From NCBI RefSeq assembly GCF_036321535.1, contig NC_087437.1, forward strand, positions 74,588,001-74,652,000: 64,000 bases of DNA, given 5' to 3'. This DNA is from Camelus dromedarius (Eukaryota). Position numbers and translations under genes: made by a program. The notes below the pieces were generated by a model. It saw only the letters and a list, made by a program, of their open reading frames with translations. It was not told the DNA's origin and did no database searches. This document shows, one piece after another, positions 25,691 through 39,085 of the stretch (position 1 is its first letter; every line of letters begins with the position of its first letter).

Positions 25691-26749
25691 GCATGTAGTA
25701 TGATAGACTATAACTTCTGTGTAGGATAAAAGTCCCGTCACTCAAGACCCAAGGCTTTCACAGCAACCTGTGTATAACATAATGTAAATGTTCAGAGTCT
25801 GCTTGACATAAAATAGAGCTGATACCTGGGGAATCAGGAAAGGGAACAGGATGAAGTAGACAAGGGTTAGCTCCTAAAATTTAGTCTTACGTTTTAGTTT
25901 TATTATTTATCTGTTTATATACTTCTGAAGGGAGTTGTTTAAGAGAATGCATGTTTTGTTACAGTGAATAAGAATAATATTTTTTAAAATAATTCTCTTT
26001 TTAAGCAATGTTTTATAGACAAGGCAAAGAATCCTACTTAGAGATTTACCCACATTTAGCCACTCTCATCACTACCTACCAGCGGAAGGCCAGAGTACCT
26101 AAATCTCGTGTGCACCCTGATAATGGTGATTGATAATGAATGAGAGCCTTTCACCCTGAGGCATCATTAACTTTATGATAAACTCTGGTGGCCCAAACCA
26201 TGCTGAGCCCTTCCAGAGCGACTAGATCACCTTCGTGAGCCTGGTAATAAAGAACGGCGCTCTGGGCTTTGAAAGCGTTCAGTGATTGTAAGCCTTTTAA
26301 AGAAACACATAGAATTCTATATCCTAAGGGGTATATGATGAATGAATATCCGTTTTTTGAAACTAGTTACCATCCACCCTTCTCCTGGTAAAAAACAGCT
26401 CAATTTTCATTTGGCAAACCACCCTTGTTCACAATTAAATCCTTGAGGTTTGAGTAATGACGAACTTGATCCCCTCCCAGCTCAGGCAGCCCAAGTCTGT
26501 CAGTTAGAGTCAGATTGATTGTGGACTAACTGTGGAAGGAGCATGAAATGTAAACCTTGTCCAAGAGTCATTCCCAGGACTCTTGAGAACAGGGCACTGG
26601 TAGAATTTTAGCTTATGTTTGCTGGTGACAGTTTTTCCTCACTTTGTATGATGATCTTGCCTGACAAAGAGACACATACAAAGGGACATAAAGCCTAGGA
26701 AGAGAGTCCTGAACCTAATGTGCCCTTTCTTTTTTTAAGTTGGAGTTGA

Positions 26750-27200
26750 TGTGGTTAGCATCATAAGGGCTCCCAAAGATGCCCACATCCTAATCCCTCT
26801 GGATATGTTGCCTTACACAGTAAAAGTGACTTTTCAGATGTGATTAAGTTAAGCGTCTTGTCAGTGGGAGATTATCCTGGATTATACGTGTGGGCCCAAT
26901 GTAATCACAAGGGTCTTTTTAAGAGGGAAGCAGGAGGGCCAGGATCAGAGAGAGGAGACACGACAACAGAAGCACAGGTAGGAGTGATGCAGGGCCACAA
27001 GCCAAGGAATGTGGCAGCCTTTAGAAGCCAGAAAAGACAACACAACCAATTGTCCCCTAGAGCATCCAAAAGGAACATAAGCCTCCTGATGCCTTGATTT
27101 CAGCTCAAGATTAATTTTTGGACGTCTGACCTTCAGAACTGTAAGAAAATAAATATGTGTTGCTTTAAGCCATTAAGTTTGTGATACTTTGCTACAGACA
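26750..27200 (+). mobile_element. MLT1D-like MaLR LTR
   Basis: CCCAAAGATGCCCACATCCTAATCCC...GATGTGATTAAGTTAAG...GGGAGATTATCCTGGATTAT...CAGAACTGTAAGA. Confidence 0.85.
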
Positions 27201-27829
27201 CAAAGGGAAAGAAGGAAGCTGGCTTTCTGATACATGACTGAAAGCCTCCTAATCCTAAGAACAATTCAACACCAGTTATGCAGTAAGGAGGTCAACCTCC
27301 TGGATAGACCCCTACACTCTAAAAAACAGAGCTTCCAGAGTAAAGTTGCTGAAAATGTGATTCCAGTTTCAAATTTGATTTTTAAATGGAACCAATATTG
27401 ACTTTTGATGTTGTAGTTGTTTTTAATATATATGACTACTGCAGAACAATTGTTCACCCGAACAAAATAAAGGCATTCCTGTTGGAACAAATACGGACTT
27501 CCCGTAGGTTTTGTTAAATATCTACATTGACAATCAAATCATAATGGAAGGATAATTCTATAACTATTTTCAGCCTCTCCAATTCGGACAAGGCTGCCCT
27601 ACCTGAAGCACATAATCTGTTGAAGGGAAAAAGCAAACATAAAAAGGACAATGGAGGAATAAAAGATCAACTAACTTTCTCACACCACCTAGAAACAAAG
27701 AGTCTGAAAGGAAAAAAACTCCAGAAATATTATTTGATTTGTTTTTAATAATGCCCACTGGATACTAGCCCAGATGCTGGGTGGGGGAAGGGCTGGGATT
27801 AGGCTGGACAGGTTACCCCTCCCTGTGGG

Positions 27830-27912
27830 AGCAGAGACCTGATCATTCTTACTCACTATGGCTTATCCAGCACTGAGACATAACAGATGCTCGATAAACC
27901 TGTGCTAAATGA
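27830..27912 (+). mobile_element. L2 3' terminal fragment
   Basis: CCAGCACTGAGACATAACAGATGCTCGATAAACCTGTGCTAAATGAA. Confidence 0.5.
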
Positions 27913-28156
27913 AGAAGAAATACAGGAAAGTCAAGGGCTATCAATTCTTACAGAGAAAAGACAGCCAAAGAGTTGATAAAACACATGATCCTAATCACAT
28001 CAATGATACACGTAATGTTTACTTTGGGGTAAAAGGAGAGAATTCTGTTGTCCCACACCTGGAACAGAAGTATTTAGTAGCCATTCATCTACAGTGCATG
28101 TTAACCGAGCAGCTGCTCTTACTCTATTGGGAATATTGCTGGTATGTAGTGTCTAG

Positions 28157-28340
28157 AACTGCACTGTCCAATACAGTAGCCATTAGTCACAGATGACTAT
28201 TCAGATTTAAATTAATTAACAGTTAATTTAATTTAAAATCCTGTTACTCATTTGCATTAGTCACATTTCAAGTGCTCAAAAGCCATAGGAGTCTAGTGGC
28301 TACTGTCTCATAGAAAATTCTATTGTACTATTGTACAGCT
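28157..28340. mobile_element. MER3-like hAT-Charlie MITE
   Basis: GCACTGTCCAATACAGTAGCCATTAGTCAC...CACATTTCAAGTGCTC...CTAGTGGCTAC. Confidence 0.75.
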
Positions 28341-28413
28341 CTCTTCCATACCATGCTACATTAAAACATAGAAGTTACCAGAATTTTATAAATGAGAGAA
28401 ATAAGACACAGTG

Positions 28414-28416
<3 letters not shown>

Positions 28417-28455
<39 letters not shown>
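28417..28455. repeat. (CA)n microsatellite
   Basis: Directly visible. Confidence 0.97.
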
Positions 28456-28459
<4 letters not shown>

Positions 28460-28530
28460 TAAATCTTTCCATATCAACCCAGCGTCTAGTGGAGCCAAAT
28501 CAACTTTGTTTCCAAAGTTCGTCCTGAATA

Positions 28531-29304
28531 CAGTTGAGCCTTGAACTTGGAAAATTTTTTAAAGATTTGAGACAATTTGATAAAACTCACAAACTGCATA
28601 GCCTGAAAATATAAAAAAAAAAAATTAGAAAAATGTATGTCACTAATGCATAAAATACATGTATATACTAATCTATTTTATCATTTGCCACCAGAATATA
28701 TATATAATCTATTATTAACAAGTTAAAATTTATCAAAACTTACGCACACAAACACTTACAGATAATTCATTGATTAGTGAATGTGCTAGGCTACCATGAA
28801 GCCATTGTGTCAATTACTAAGTTACCATAAAATCCTATTGCTGCTTCTTCATTATCAATACATGAATCAGTACACTTGTAAATAAATATGAATTTCATTT
28901 TTACATTATTTTTTCATTTTGATGTCTAGTGTTAGTAATATGTAGAACAACTACAGAGTTTTGTATCATATAAGACAACACTGATGTAAGTACGAATAGA
29001 TGATTCATCTTGAAAATGGAGGACATAAACTTATGGTATCAATAAATACAGTACAATACTGTAAATGTATTTTCTCTTCCTTATGATTTTCTTAATAACA
29101 TTTTCTTTTCTCTGGCTTACTTTATTGTAAGAATACTGTATAAAATATATGTAACATACAAAATATGTGTTAACTGTTTATGTTACCAGTAACACTTCTA
29201 GTCAACAACTAGCTATTAGTAGTTGTTATGGGGGAGTCAAGTTATATGCAGATTTTCAACTGCATGAGGGGTCAGCGCCCCTAGCACTCACGTTGTTCAA
29301 GGGT
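28531..29304 (+). mobile_element. Tigger2-derived internally deleted element
   Basis: TA|CAGTTGAGCCTTGAAC start; end GGGGTCAGCGCCCCTAGCACTCACGTTGTTCAAGGGT. Confidence 0.8.
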
Positions 29305-29966
29305 ATAAAATGCATTTTATTTATTAAGTTAGTAAAGACAATTTTGTACACAAAGATCTAACAGCCACCAGGAAACGCCAGCACCATGTAATATTATCTC
29401 TTATTTTTATCCAGACTTTCAAAACCCAATAATACCAACTTATCAAGCAGTATATGCCAAATCTTGACATTTGGGGGTTTGGATATTCCTTTTATGGGCA
29501 CTGGCTGAAAACCCTGTAGCAAGTTAACAATTCATATTTAGAAATGGCTATATGCTGGAGTTTAGTAACAGATTTGTCAAGCCACAATTACCAAGCCAAA
29601 GCTGCATTTTATTTCTACCATAGAAGCATTTTTAACCACACTGGCAAGTCTCTGGTATGAAGTTATTCCTTCAATTCTGCACTTCATGAGGTTTCTTAAT
29701 AGGCAGGGATTGATTCACCAACTAGATGAAATCTGGATTTTCCTAAATCAAAAAGCAAGCTGACTGAGGTTACTTAGTTGGGAATCCCTTGGTAAATTAT
29801 AAAAAGTGAGACATAAACAATGCAAACATCATTGCATAATGACTAATTACAAAAGTGAATGACTTCATGACAAAATTAGAGGTTAATTTGAAAACTCACT
29901 TGGAAATGAAAAACAAAACAAAGCTTGAAGTAGAAGAAATATAACACATCAACTTGAATACATGTC

Positions 29967-29968
<2 letters not shown>

Positions 29969-30006
<38 letters not shown>

Positions 30007-30013
30007 TGTGTGT
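29969..30013. repeat. (TG)n microsatellite
   Basis: Directly visible. Confidence 0.97.
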
Positions 30014-30031
30014 ATATATGACTTAATAGCT

Positions 30032-30480
30032 TTTTAAATTGAAGTATAGTTGATTTACAATGTTGTGTTAGTTCCTGGTGTACAGCACAGTGATTTAGTT
30101 ACACATACACATATATATACATATTCTTTTTCATAATCTTTTCCATTATGGTTTATTACAGGATATTGAATATAGTTTCCTGTGCTATACAGTAGGACCT
30201 GTTGTTTAACTATTTTACATATAGTATTTTGTATATGCTAATACCAAACTCCTAATTTATGCCTCCCCTGCTCCCTTTCCCCTTTGGTAACCATAAGTTT
30301 GTTTTCTATGTCTATGATTCTGTTTCTGTCTCATAAATTAGTTCATTTGTGGCATATTTTAGATTCCATAATAAGTGATATCATATGGTATCTTTCTCTT
30401 TCTGACTTACTTCACTTAGTATGATAATCTCTATGTTGATGCAAATGGCATTATTTCATCATTTTTAATGGCTGAATAGT

Positions 30481-30525
<45 letters not shown>

Positions 30526-30603
30526 CTATATATGTCTTCTTTATCTATTCATCTGTTGTTATACATTTAGGTTGCTTCTGTGTCTTGGCTATTGTAAATA
30601 GTG
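30032..30603 (-). mobile_element. L1 3' end with internal (TG)n at 30483-30523
   Basis: TTGAAGTATAGTTGATTTACAATGTTGTG...; TSD CTTAATAGCT at 30022-30031 and 30604-30613. Confidence 0.88.
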
Positions 30604-31539
30604 CTTAATAGCTGTATTTGTTAAATACAAAAGAAAAAGAGTCAGGCTATGAGTAAATTTGGAAATACTCGCACATCCTCTTTGCCTTAGTTAACTCATT
30701 CTTACAATAGGTAGAAGTGCGCTTTCTCTTCTTAATAAGGATTATATAAGACCATGGAAATAAACTTGGAAAAGAATATGTCCTTTGGAGAAAATAGTAC
30801 TAAATTATTTACAAACTGCCCAAGTTAAAAAGAGTAGAATTATACAAAAGGTCAGTAGCTCTTTTGGGAACACAAACGTTAGAGGACTTCCACAGATATT
30901 AGCAAATCCTGGACTGTTTAAACGTTGTCCTGAAAACCTAAAACCCTCACTTTGTAGAGAGAACCCCAAGTGAGTACTCTTAAGAAGGCACAAGAGACTA
31001 TATTTTCACATGGGCAATGTAATGCATCATAAGATAAAGGTTTTTCATGCCTTACTAATTTTGATGATAGAAGTCACATTTGATTACCCTGCTTAAATAT
31101 CCATTGTCAAAAGCAGCTTAGGTAGAGAGAAATGTTCTCTCTTCCTGCCAAACTGTCACTTAGATTTATTTAGAATCTCATTCATGTTTAAAGTTCTCTC
31201 CTCAGGGTATAAATTAAAGGCCTTCCCTGAAATGCTTTAAATATTTGAAGGAGGCTCCAATATATAGTTATTGGAGGCAAAAAGCAATTTTAGTAATATA
31301 TTTTCTAAAAATTTGACTTTGCATGTCTATCAAGAGGTGGAAGCAGGAACCTTCCCCCAAAGAGTTGCTGTTAAAATACAGAATATGAAACTTTCCTGGT
31401 ACTGGACCCTCCTAGATGGCAGAGCAAAGAACTAGAACTCCCACCCTCCAACATCTGAGGTGACCTTAAATAAATATCACTGGCATATAATGAAACAGTT
31501 TAGTGTTTCATGCTCAACTGCTGCAAAAACTTAAAAAAA

Positions 31540-31745
31540 TAATAATTATCACTCATTGATCAGTTAGTTTACGCCAGGCACTGGATTGAGTGCATTACAA
31601 ATGGCTGTATTAGATAGTTATGATTCCAATGTTCAGATAAAAATATTAAGACTCAAAGAGTTTAAAACATATGACATGGTCAAATCATTAAGAATCAACA
31701 GAGATGGGACTTATAATACAGTCAAATCCTGACTCTAAAGTTTGG
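31540..31745 (-). mobile_element. MIR fragment
   Basis: CCAGGCACTGG...AGACTCAAAGAGTTTAA...CCTGACTCTAAAG. Confidence 0.55.
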
Positions 31746-32139
31746 TTGTTTCTATATTGCTTCTTAAATTTTCCACATGACATCTTTACACAATTTTCTT
31801 ATTTGGGAGGAAAACATATTTTAGTTCCCCAGCTTCTTCACTTTTAAAAAGTACTGGTTCTATCTTCTTTGATTGATTCACATGTGAGATAAAACTAAAG
31901 CAGATATGTAAAAAATCTTTGAAAATGTACTTCTTCCAAGTCCTTTGAATGTCTTCTGCCCATCTCAGTTCCCCTGCAGGAACTTGTAAGATTACTCACC
32001 TTCGGGAGGGAACCAGTTGGATGTTAAGAAAGGGTAGGAGGGAAGATTTTCATTACATGCCCTTTTACTCTTTTGAACCATGTAACTACGTTAATCAAAA
32101 AAATAAATAGAAGTTAATTAAAAATAATTTCATCAAATG

Positions 32140-32900
32140 ATCCACGCGGTAATAGATTACAGTTTGAGACATCAGTATAAATTCATGTTTAGCTTAATAT
32201 ACATACAGATGGTTACACACAGAAATATTTATAGATATGTGTAAACTAGTAAACACACATATATTTTTTCACTCTGTCAACTTAGAAGACTTAAAAAGAT
32301 ACCCCTGTAGCAACAAGCATACCTAGTACCCAGATCTTCATTTCTAATATGATTTTCCAATAAAAAGAAATGGCTCCTTGGAGAAATGGATGATTCTAAT
32401 ACTGGGGCAAGAATTAGAGAAGATGAGCCTGCAGCATTTTGTAGTGTCAGAAAGTGAGGAAGTACACAAAAAACCCAAAAAGCCACATAGATAGGGGTAT
32501 GTCAAATGAGCACAGGAACCACGGAAAGAGCTCCCAATGGCCAAAGTCAAAACAATTTGAGCAAGAAAATAAGGTACTATTGGATTATAAATCAAAGAAC
32601 AAAATAAATATCCATGAGTTCACACTAACATAAATGATTGAATAAATTAATAAATGAGGACAAATCTTTCATGCAGAAAAATTCCAAATAATTTATGCAA
32701 ATATTCTGTCCTCAAAGAGGGGAAATATGCCTCCCCTTTTCTTAGATGAGGACTGCAAATAGTGGCTTCTTTTCAAAGAGTAAAGTATGAAAAATGGGGG
32801 GAAAGAATAACTTTACAGTAGAAAAACCTGACAAATGCCACTTCAGCCAGGTGATCAAGGTCAACATCAAGCCATAAATCATGCTGATAGTATGTACCCA
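32140..32900 (+). mobile_element. L1MC-like 3' region
   Basis: AATAAAAGAAATGGCTCCTTGGAGAAATGGATGATTCTAATACTGGGGC...TTCAGCCAGGTGATCAAGGTCAACATC. Confidence 0.7.
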
Positions 32901-33815
32901 ATACTATCAAAATTCCTATAGCATTTTTTACAGAAATAGAAAATTCTAAAATTCATATGAAATCACAAAGGACCCTGTATAGCCAAAGCAATCCTGCAAA
33001 AGAACAAAGCTGAAGGCATCACATTTCCTGATTTCAAACTATATTAAAAAGCTTTAGCAATCAAACCACTATGGTATTGAAGTAAAAACAGACACACAGA
33101 CCAATAGAACAGAATTAAGAGGAACCCCCAAAAAAGCATGGATATACAGTCAACTAATATTTGACAAGGGAGCCAAGACTACTCAATGGAGAAAGTCTCC
33201 TCAATAAATAGTGCTGGGAAAACTGGATAATCAGACACAAAAACTAAAATTGGATACCTATCTTACACCACTCACAAAAAAATTAACTCAAAATGATTAA
33301 AAACATAAACATAAGACCTGAAACCATAAAACTCCTAAAAGAAAATACAAGGAAAAATTCCTTGACATTGGTCTTGGCAAAGATTTTTTGGATATGACAC
33401 AAAGAGCAAAAGCAACAAATTGGACTACATTAAACTAAAAAGCATCTGCACAGCAAAAGAAACAATCAGAAAAATGAAAAGACAACCTATGGGATGGGAG
33501 AACATAGTTGCAAACCATCTATCTGATAGAGATCAATATCTAAAATACACAAGGAATTCATGTAACTCAATAGCAAAAACCAAACAATCTGATTTAAAAA
33601 TGGGCAGGGTACCCAAAGAGACATTTTGCCAAAGAAGACATAGAGACAGTCAACAGGCACAAGAAAAGGAGCTCAACATCACTAATCATCAGGGAAATGC
33701 AAACCTTAACCACAGTTAGATGTCACTTCACATCTGTTAGAATGGCTATCAGCAACAAGACAAGAGATAACAAGTGTTGGCGAGGATGTGGAGAAAAGGG
33801 AAACTTGTGCACTCC
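32900..33815 (+). mobile_element. L1 ORF2 C-terminal fragment (disrupted)
   Basis: ORF 33420 DYIKLKSICTAKETIRKMKRQPMGWENI; ORF 33697 [14 protein letters not shown]...[10 protein letters not shown]. Confidence 0.92.
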
Positions 33816-35030
33816 TCAAACTGTACACTTTAAATATATGCAATTTATGTATCAAGTACACCTCAATAAAGCTGTAATAAAGTAATAATTAAAGATAAAA
33901 AATATATTATAACTAATTCAATAAAATAAGAATCCATAAGTTCATATTGATATAAGTAACTAAATACAAAGAGAAAGCTCTTACAGTAGAATGCAAACTA
34001 ATACATGCAGAAGGAATGATAGAAAATAAATTCAGCAAGCACTATCATAATAAATGATTCAGGCAAGAGATATCAATGGATGTTAAAAAAAAATCACAGG
34101 GTAAAATTTTAACAAGAGAAATGATATGTATGTACATAGTATCAAAGTAAATCTCCCCCCCCCAAATCTATTGATTACACATTAATGAATTTTACAGTGG
34201 AGAAACAGCATAGATACCATTTTGACCAAGTGATGAAAGTTAACATCCTTGGTAATGAGAAAAATTGAAATTGTGTGCCTCCCATTATGAGGCACTGAGA
34301 AAAAAAACAGCATCATTTCTGTGTTATTCATTCCAAAAAGTATATCCTGAATCTAGTCATGAAGAAACATCAGAGAAACCCAAAGTGAAGGAAATTCTAT
34401 AAAATAACTGACCTATACTCTTCAAAAATGTCAAAGTCACAGAAAACAAAGAAACACTAAGGAATAATAGATTGAAAAAAAGTAAACAGACATGACAACT
34501 AAATACAATGCATGATTCTAGACTGGATCTCAAACCAGAAAGGAAAGAAAGGCAGTAAGTTTGTTACTATTATTCCTTTCTATAAGCGACAGAAAATTGG
34601 AGAAATCTGAGTGGAGTTTGCCAATTAGATAAAAGTGTTGTAGCAATGTTAATATCCTGAATTCCATGAGGGCATTGAAGTTATGCGGGAGAGTGTCCTT
34701 GTTTCTAATAAATACAAACTGATGTATTTAGGGGTAATTTGGCACCATAACTGTGACTTAATCTCAAATGTTTCAGAAAGAAAATAATGTTATATGGAAG
34801 AAAATGAGAAGACAAATGTAAAGTGTTGATAAGTAGGAAACCTGGGTGAAGAGTGTAGAGCCCTTTGTATTATTATCTATATTCTTCTTGAAAGTCTTTC
34901 TCAAGTTTGAAGTTATTTCAACATAAAATGTTAAAAACTGAAAAACGAGTGATTTGGGTACATGGTATATAAGAGTTCTTCTTATTGTTCTTGCATCTTT
35001 TCTGTAGGCTTGAAATTATTTTTCCCCCAG
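33815..35030 (+). mobile_element. Old L1MC/L1ME 3' UTR fragments
   Basis: GAATCTAGTCATGAAGAAACATCAGAGAAACCCAAAGTGAAGG...CATGACAACTAAATACAATG. Confidence 0.65.
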
Positions 35031-35494
35031 AAAAACGTAGATAATAGAAATGTTGGGAAGATGAAAGAGAAATGCTTCTCTGGTGTGTGGTCTAACCCAG
35101 TTAGTTATCCATACTCAACACATATGTTTCGGATGCCTATCCTGTGCCAAGCACTGTCCTAGTTTCTGGGGGTGTAGACTTGAATGGAATGGGCATGACC
35201 TGGAGCCTATAAGAGTTAGGGAGTCCAAGGCAGCCAGTCACCCCTGCACTAAGTTCCTTAATGAAACCAAAGGGAAAGGAGAATCAGCAGTAGCAGTCAT
35301 TCCACTTCCATCTCTGGATAACAGCACTGTTATCGTTTGAAGCCTTTAAATACATCCAGTTCTTTTCTGAAAATTACTTGTGCGGCATTTCGTCTAAAAG
35401 ATTCATCATCATCTAATTCCACATCTCTTAAAGTCCAGTGTCTAATCATGTCACTCGTAGAAAGAAACTGCAACATTATCAACCAAACTTATTC

Positions 35495-36322
35495 CCCGTG
35501 TGGACTAAATGTTTGTGTCCCCCTAAAACCCATAGGTTGAAACTCTAGCCCCCAGTGTGATGGTTTTGGAAGTGGAGCCTTTGGAAGGTAAGGTAACTAG
35601 GGTTAATTAGATCATGAGGGTAGAGCCCTCATGATAAGATTAGTGGCTTTATAAAATGAGGACGAGAGAGCAAAGGTCATATGAGGGAGGACAGGATGGG
35701 ACATGGCAGTCATGTGTAAGCTGTGAAGGAAAAGCTGGGCTGGTCTAACAAAGTAACTCACAAGTCTAGGAATGTGAAGGAGAGGCTGGGCTGGGCTAAC
35801 AAGATAACTCACAAATCTAAGTATTGGAATACTGATCTGAGTTCTGCTAGACTAACTTGTAAATCAAGGTTAATTAGTGTTGGTTTGCTGTTCATGTTTT
35901 TTGCTAGCCAGCTGGGTTTTCAAAGATACATATCTGGCTTTGGAATGTTGGTTTGCTGTCTCCCCACCTCCATTTTTGTGATGATAATACTGCTAAAGCT
36001 GTTCCATGCCTATTGGCCGAATACCCCAAGCTTGTACTTTACCCTATAAAACCTCATGCGCACGTCTTGGAGGTGCTCAGAGCTTCGGAGCAGAAGCCCC
36101 TCTGAGCCCGCGGCATAATACATCTGAGTACTCCAACCCTCCGAGTGGTGCTTGTTTCTTGACTGGCCTGTCATTTCCGTAACAAAGCCAAGACCAACAG
36201 CCAGACACTGGCACCCCCCATGCTCTCTGACTTCCAGCATCCAGAACTGTGAGAAAATAAGTTTCTGTTGTTTAGATCACACAGATGGTATTTTACTATG
36301 GCACCTCGAGCTGATTAAGACA
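35495..36322 (+). mobile_element. MLT1A-like MaLR LTR split by a younger LTR
   Basis: TGGACTAAATGTTTGTGTCCCCC start; CAGAACTGTGAGAAAATAA...GCTGATTAAGACA end. Confidence 0.85.
35722..36184 (+). mobile_element. Young solo LTR (ERV1-type 4-bp TSD), 463 bp
   Basis: TGT...ACA termini; perfect TSD AAGC at 35718-35721 and 36185-36188; CCTATAAAA box near 36043; CpGs retained. Confidence 0.88.
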
Positions 36323-36519
36323 TTCAGTTTTCCTCCTTCCCTTTCCAGTCCAGGATCCAACCCAGGATCAAGTTTATTTAACTGTCATGTCTTTTGGAAT
36401 AATCTCTTTTGCTCACCTTTATGAACAAACAAATGAACTAGAAGGAAAGTGGCTACAAGGGAAGCTTTACCAAAAAAAAAGATTTTTTCTTTCAACTAAG
36501 AAAAGATAATAGTAATTCA

Positions 36520-36720
36520 TAATAACAATAATGGCTGTTTTTAAAAGCACTTACTAGGTACCAGTGTGTAAGGTGCTTTAGAAGGTGTATCTAATTAAAT
36601 TCTCCCAATAAAACATACAGTGGTTTCTGCTATTACTTCCATTCCCTCATTTGTTGACAGCTTAAAGAAGTGAAGTTACCTTCTCAAAGTCACAGCAGTG
36701 TTTAAGTGGTAGAACTAAGG
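36520..36720 (-). mobile_element. MIR fragment
   Basis: AGCACTTACTAGGTACCAG...GAAGTGAAGTTACCTTCTCAAAGTCACAGC. Confidence 0.6.
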
Positions 36721-36734
36721 AGAATTCTCTAGAA

Positions 36735-36898
36735 CAGTGCCTTTTAAATGCACATACAAGTCACTGAGGGAGCTTGTTAAAATGCAGATACTGATTCTGT
36801 ACGTCTGGAGGACGACGACTCTGCATTCCTAATAAGCTCCCAGGTGGTGCTGATGCTGTTGGTGCTGTGTCCTACCAAACTCACTCTGAATAACAAGG
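36735..36898. mobile_element. MER5-family hAT-Charlie MITE
   Basis: CTTGTTAAAATGCAGATACTGATTC...CTCTGCATTCCTAATAAGCTCCCAGGTGGTGCTGATGCTG; perfect 8-bp TSD CTCTAGAA at 36727-36734 and 36899-36906. Confidence 0.85.
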
Positions 36899-37569
36899 CT
36901 CTAGAAGCGCATGACAGATGAGTGTGCCTGGCGTATAAGTGCTCACTAGACATTTATTGAATTATTTAACAAAGGGAGAGACGAAATAAAGAGAGAAAGA
37001 AAAAGGTTTTAAAAATCTGTTGTTGACCTCATTCTTAATCAGCAAGTCTTGATTGTTACAGCTTTTCGCCACAAGGTCGTTATAAAATCAAATATTTCAT
37101 GGGAGATCCGGAAGATTTTCAGGCACAAGGCGCTGCAGTTAGAACACACTGACAGAGAACTAAGAGCAGACCATCACCATGCAGGCAACACCTGACGTGT
37201 AGCTGTAGCATGATTTCAGCAAGACTCTATCCCCTTCTCTTCCTTCTTTCCATTGACCTGGCTGGTGAGAATGCTAGGAGTTAAATTCCTACCTTCTAAA
37301 TGACATATGAGGCTACAAGGGCTGCAGAAATCCTGCCAGGAAGAAGAGGTTCACTGGGAACAAAGCTGAAGGCCAATGCTAGCAAGCATTCCTACTTAGG
37401 GTATGTGGGTTAAAAAAAGTTTCACATCAAAGCAAGTCACTGCTATAGCAACTGCACATTATTATTTTAGAGTATAAATTAAGTGTAAGTACAGGTTTAT
37501 GTGTAACAGACTTCCAAAAGGAGATCAGTTTTGAGATTCTTAAATACTTCTGTTAATAGTTATAACCTT

Positions 37570-38915
37570 TAATTTAAAAAAACTGCTTAATTGGGGTATA
37601 ATTGACAGACCATGAACTGTGCATCATATATTTAAAGTATACAATTTTATAAGTTTTGACAAACGTATACACCCATCAGACCATCATCACAAGATAATGA
37701 ACAAACCCATCACTTATTCATGAAGAATTTCCCCGTGACCCTTGGTGACCCCAGCATACTCCCATTCCTAGGCAACCAATAGTGATAAAGTGCTTTCTTT
37801 CACTGTAGATGAACTTGGGTTTTCTGTGTACTTTTTTATCTGGTTCCCTTCATTGAGCATGATTATTCTGAGATTCACTCATGCTGTTGCATGACTCTGT
37901 AGTTCACTACTTTTATAGCTAAGTAGTTTCCATTGTATGGCTATTGCACAATTTGTTTCCCTATTCACCTGTTGATAGGCATGTGGATTCTTTTCTCCAT
38001 TTTTTGGCTGTTAAAAATAAATCTGTTATGACATTGTCACTTTCATCTTTAAAAATTCACTTCGGGTCTTTTAAAAAAAATCTCTCTCTATTTTACTTTT
38101 TGAGCATCTGAAATACAACTGTTTTAATGTCCTAATTCTAACATATTGGTTCTTTGATTCAATTGATTTTTCTCAAGTCCTGGATAGTTTTGAATTTCTA
38201 CAAATATTCTTGAGCTTTGTCTGGGGATGTATTTAAGTTACTGAGAAATGACTGGATCTTTTTTGGTCTTGCTTTTGAAGTCATTATTATGGAATGACCA
38301 GATCATAGTTAGTCTAGGGTTAAGTGCTCCCTGCTACTGAGACAAGGTCTTTCTGTAATATTGTCCCCAGTGTCCCATGAGTTATGAGCTTTTCCAATCT
38401 GGCTGGTTGGACCAGCAGTCCTTCTAGCCCTGCATATTATGTTCTATTCCTGCCAATCCTTTCAGGTGGTTCTTTCCCCAGCCTTGGGGCATTTCCTCAG
38501 ACACATGTGCTGATCATAGCCTCCAGAATACTTCAGGAAAACCATCTCCAGATCTCAAGAGTTCTCTCTGGGTGCAGCTCCTTCACTTCTGTCACTCTGT
38601 CCTGCTAACTCTAGCTGTCTCGGTCTCCCCAGACCCTTGCTTCTGCCTCCTCAACACAGTGAGTCTTCCAGGCTCTGTCTGGGTCCCCTCCCTGTGCCAC
38701 AGCCTGGAATCTCTCTCAGGTCAGTACACTGGGTCGATCACAGGACTCATCTCATTTGTTTCCTATTGTTCCGGGATATTGTTCTTCAATGCTTGACGTC
38801 CAGTGTCTTAAAAACTGGTTTCATATATTTCTGTCTGCTTTTCTGTTTTGTTTTCAGACAGGAGGGTAAACCTGGTCCTTCATACTCCATTCTAACAGAA
38901 GTAGAAGTCTGTATT
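37570..38915 (-). mobile_element. Old L1 (L1MB/MD-like) antisense fragments
   Basis: AAGTATACAATTTTATAAGTTTTGACAAACG...TGAGATTCACTCATGCTGTTGC...ATTCACCTGTTGAT. Confidence 0.7.
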
Positions 38916-39085
38916 TGTATCTTAAACCTGTGCTGTGGCTTAGGTTTCCAAATTCAGAGACAAGCGCCAGACCAACTCCCCATTTCCTGCAAGGTCAGAG
39001 ATGAATTCTTCAAGGACCCTTTCTGTAAGCTTTCAGTGGTTAGTAATTCTAAACTCTTCCCTCTGTTTCCCCATCCTTCAAAGTG

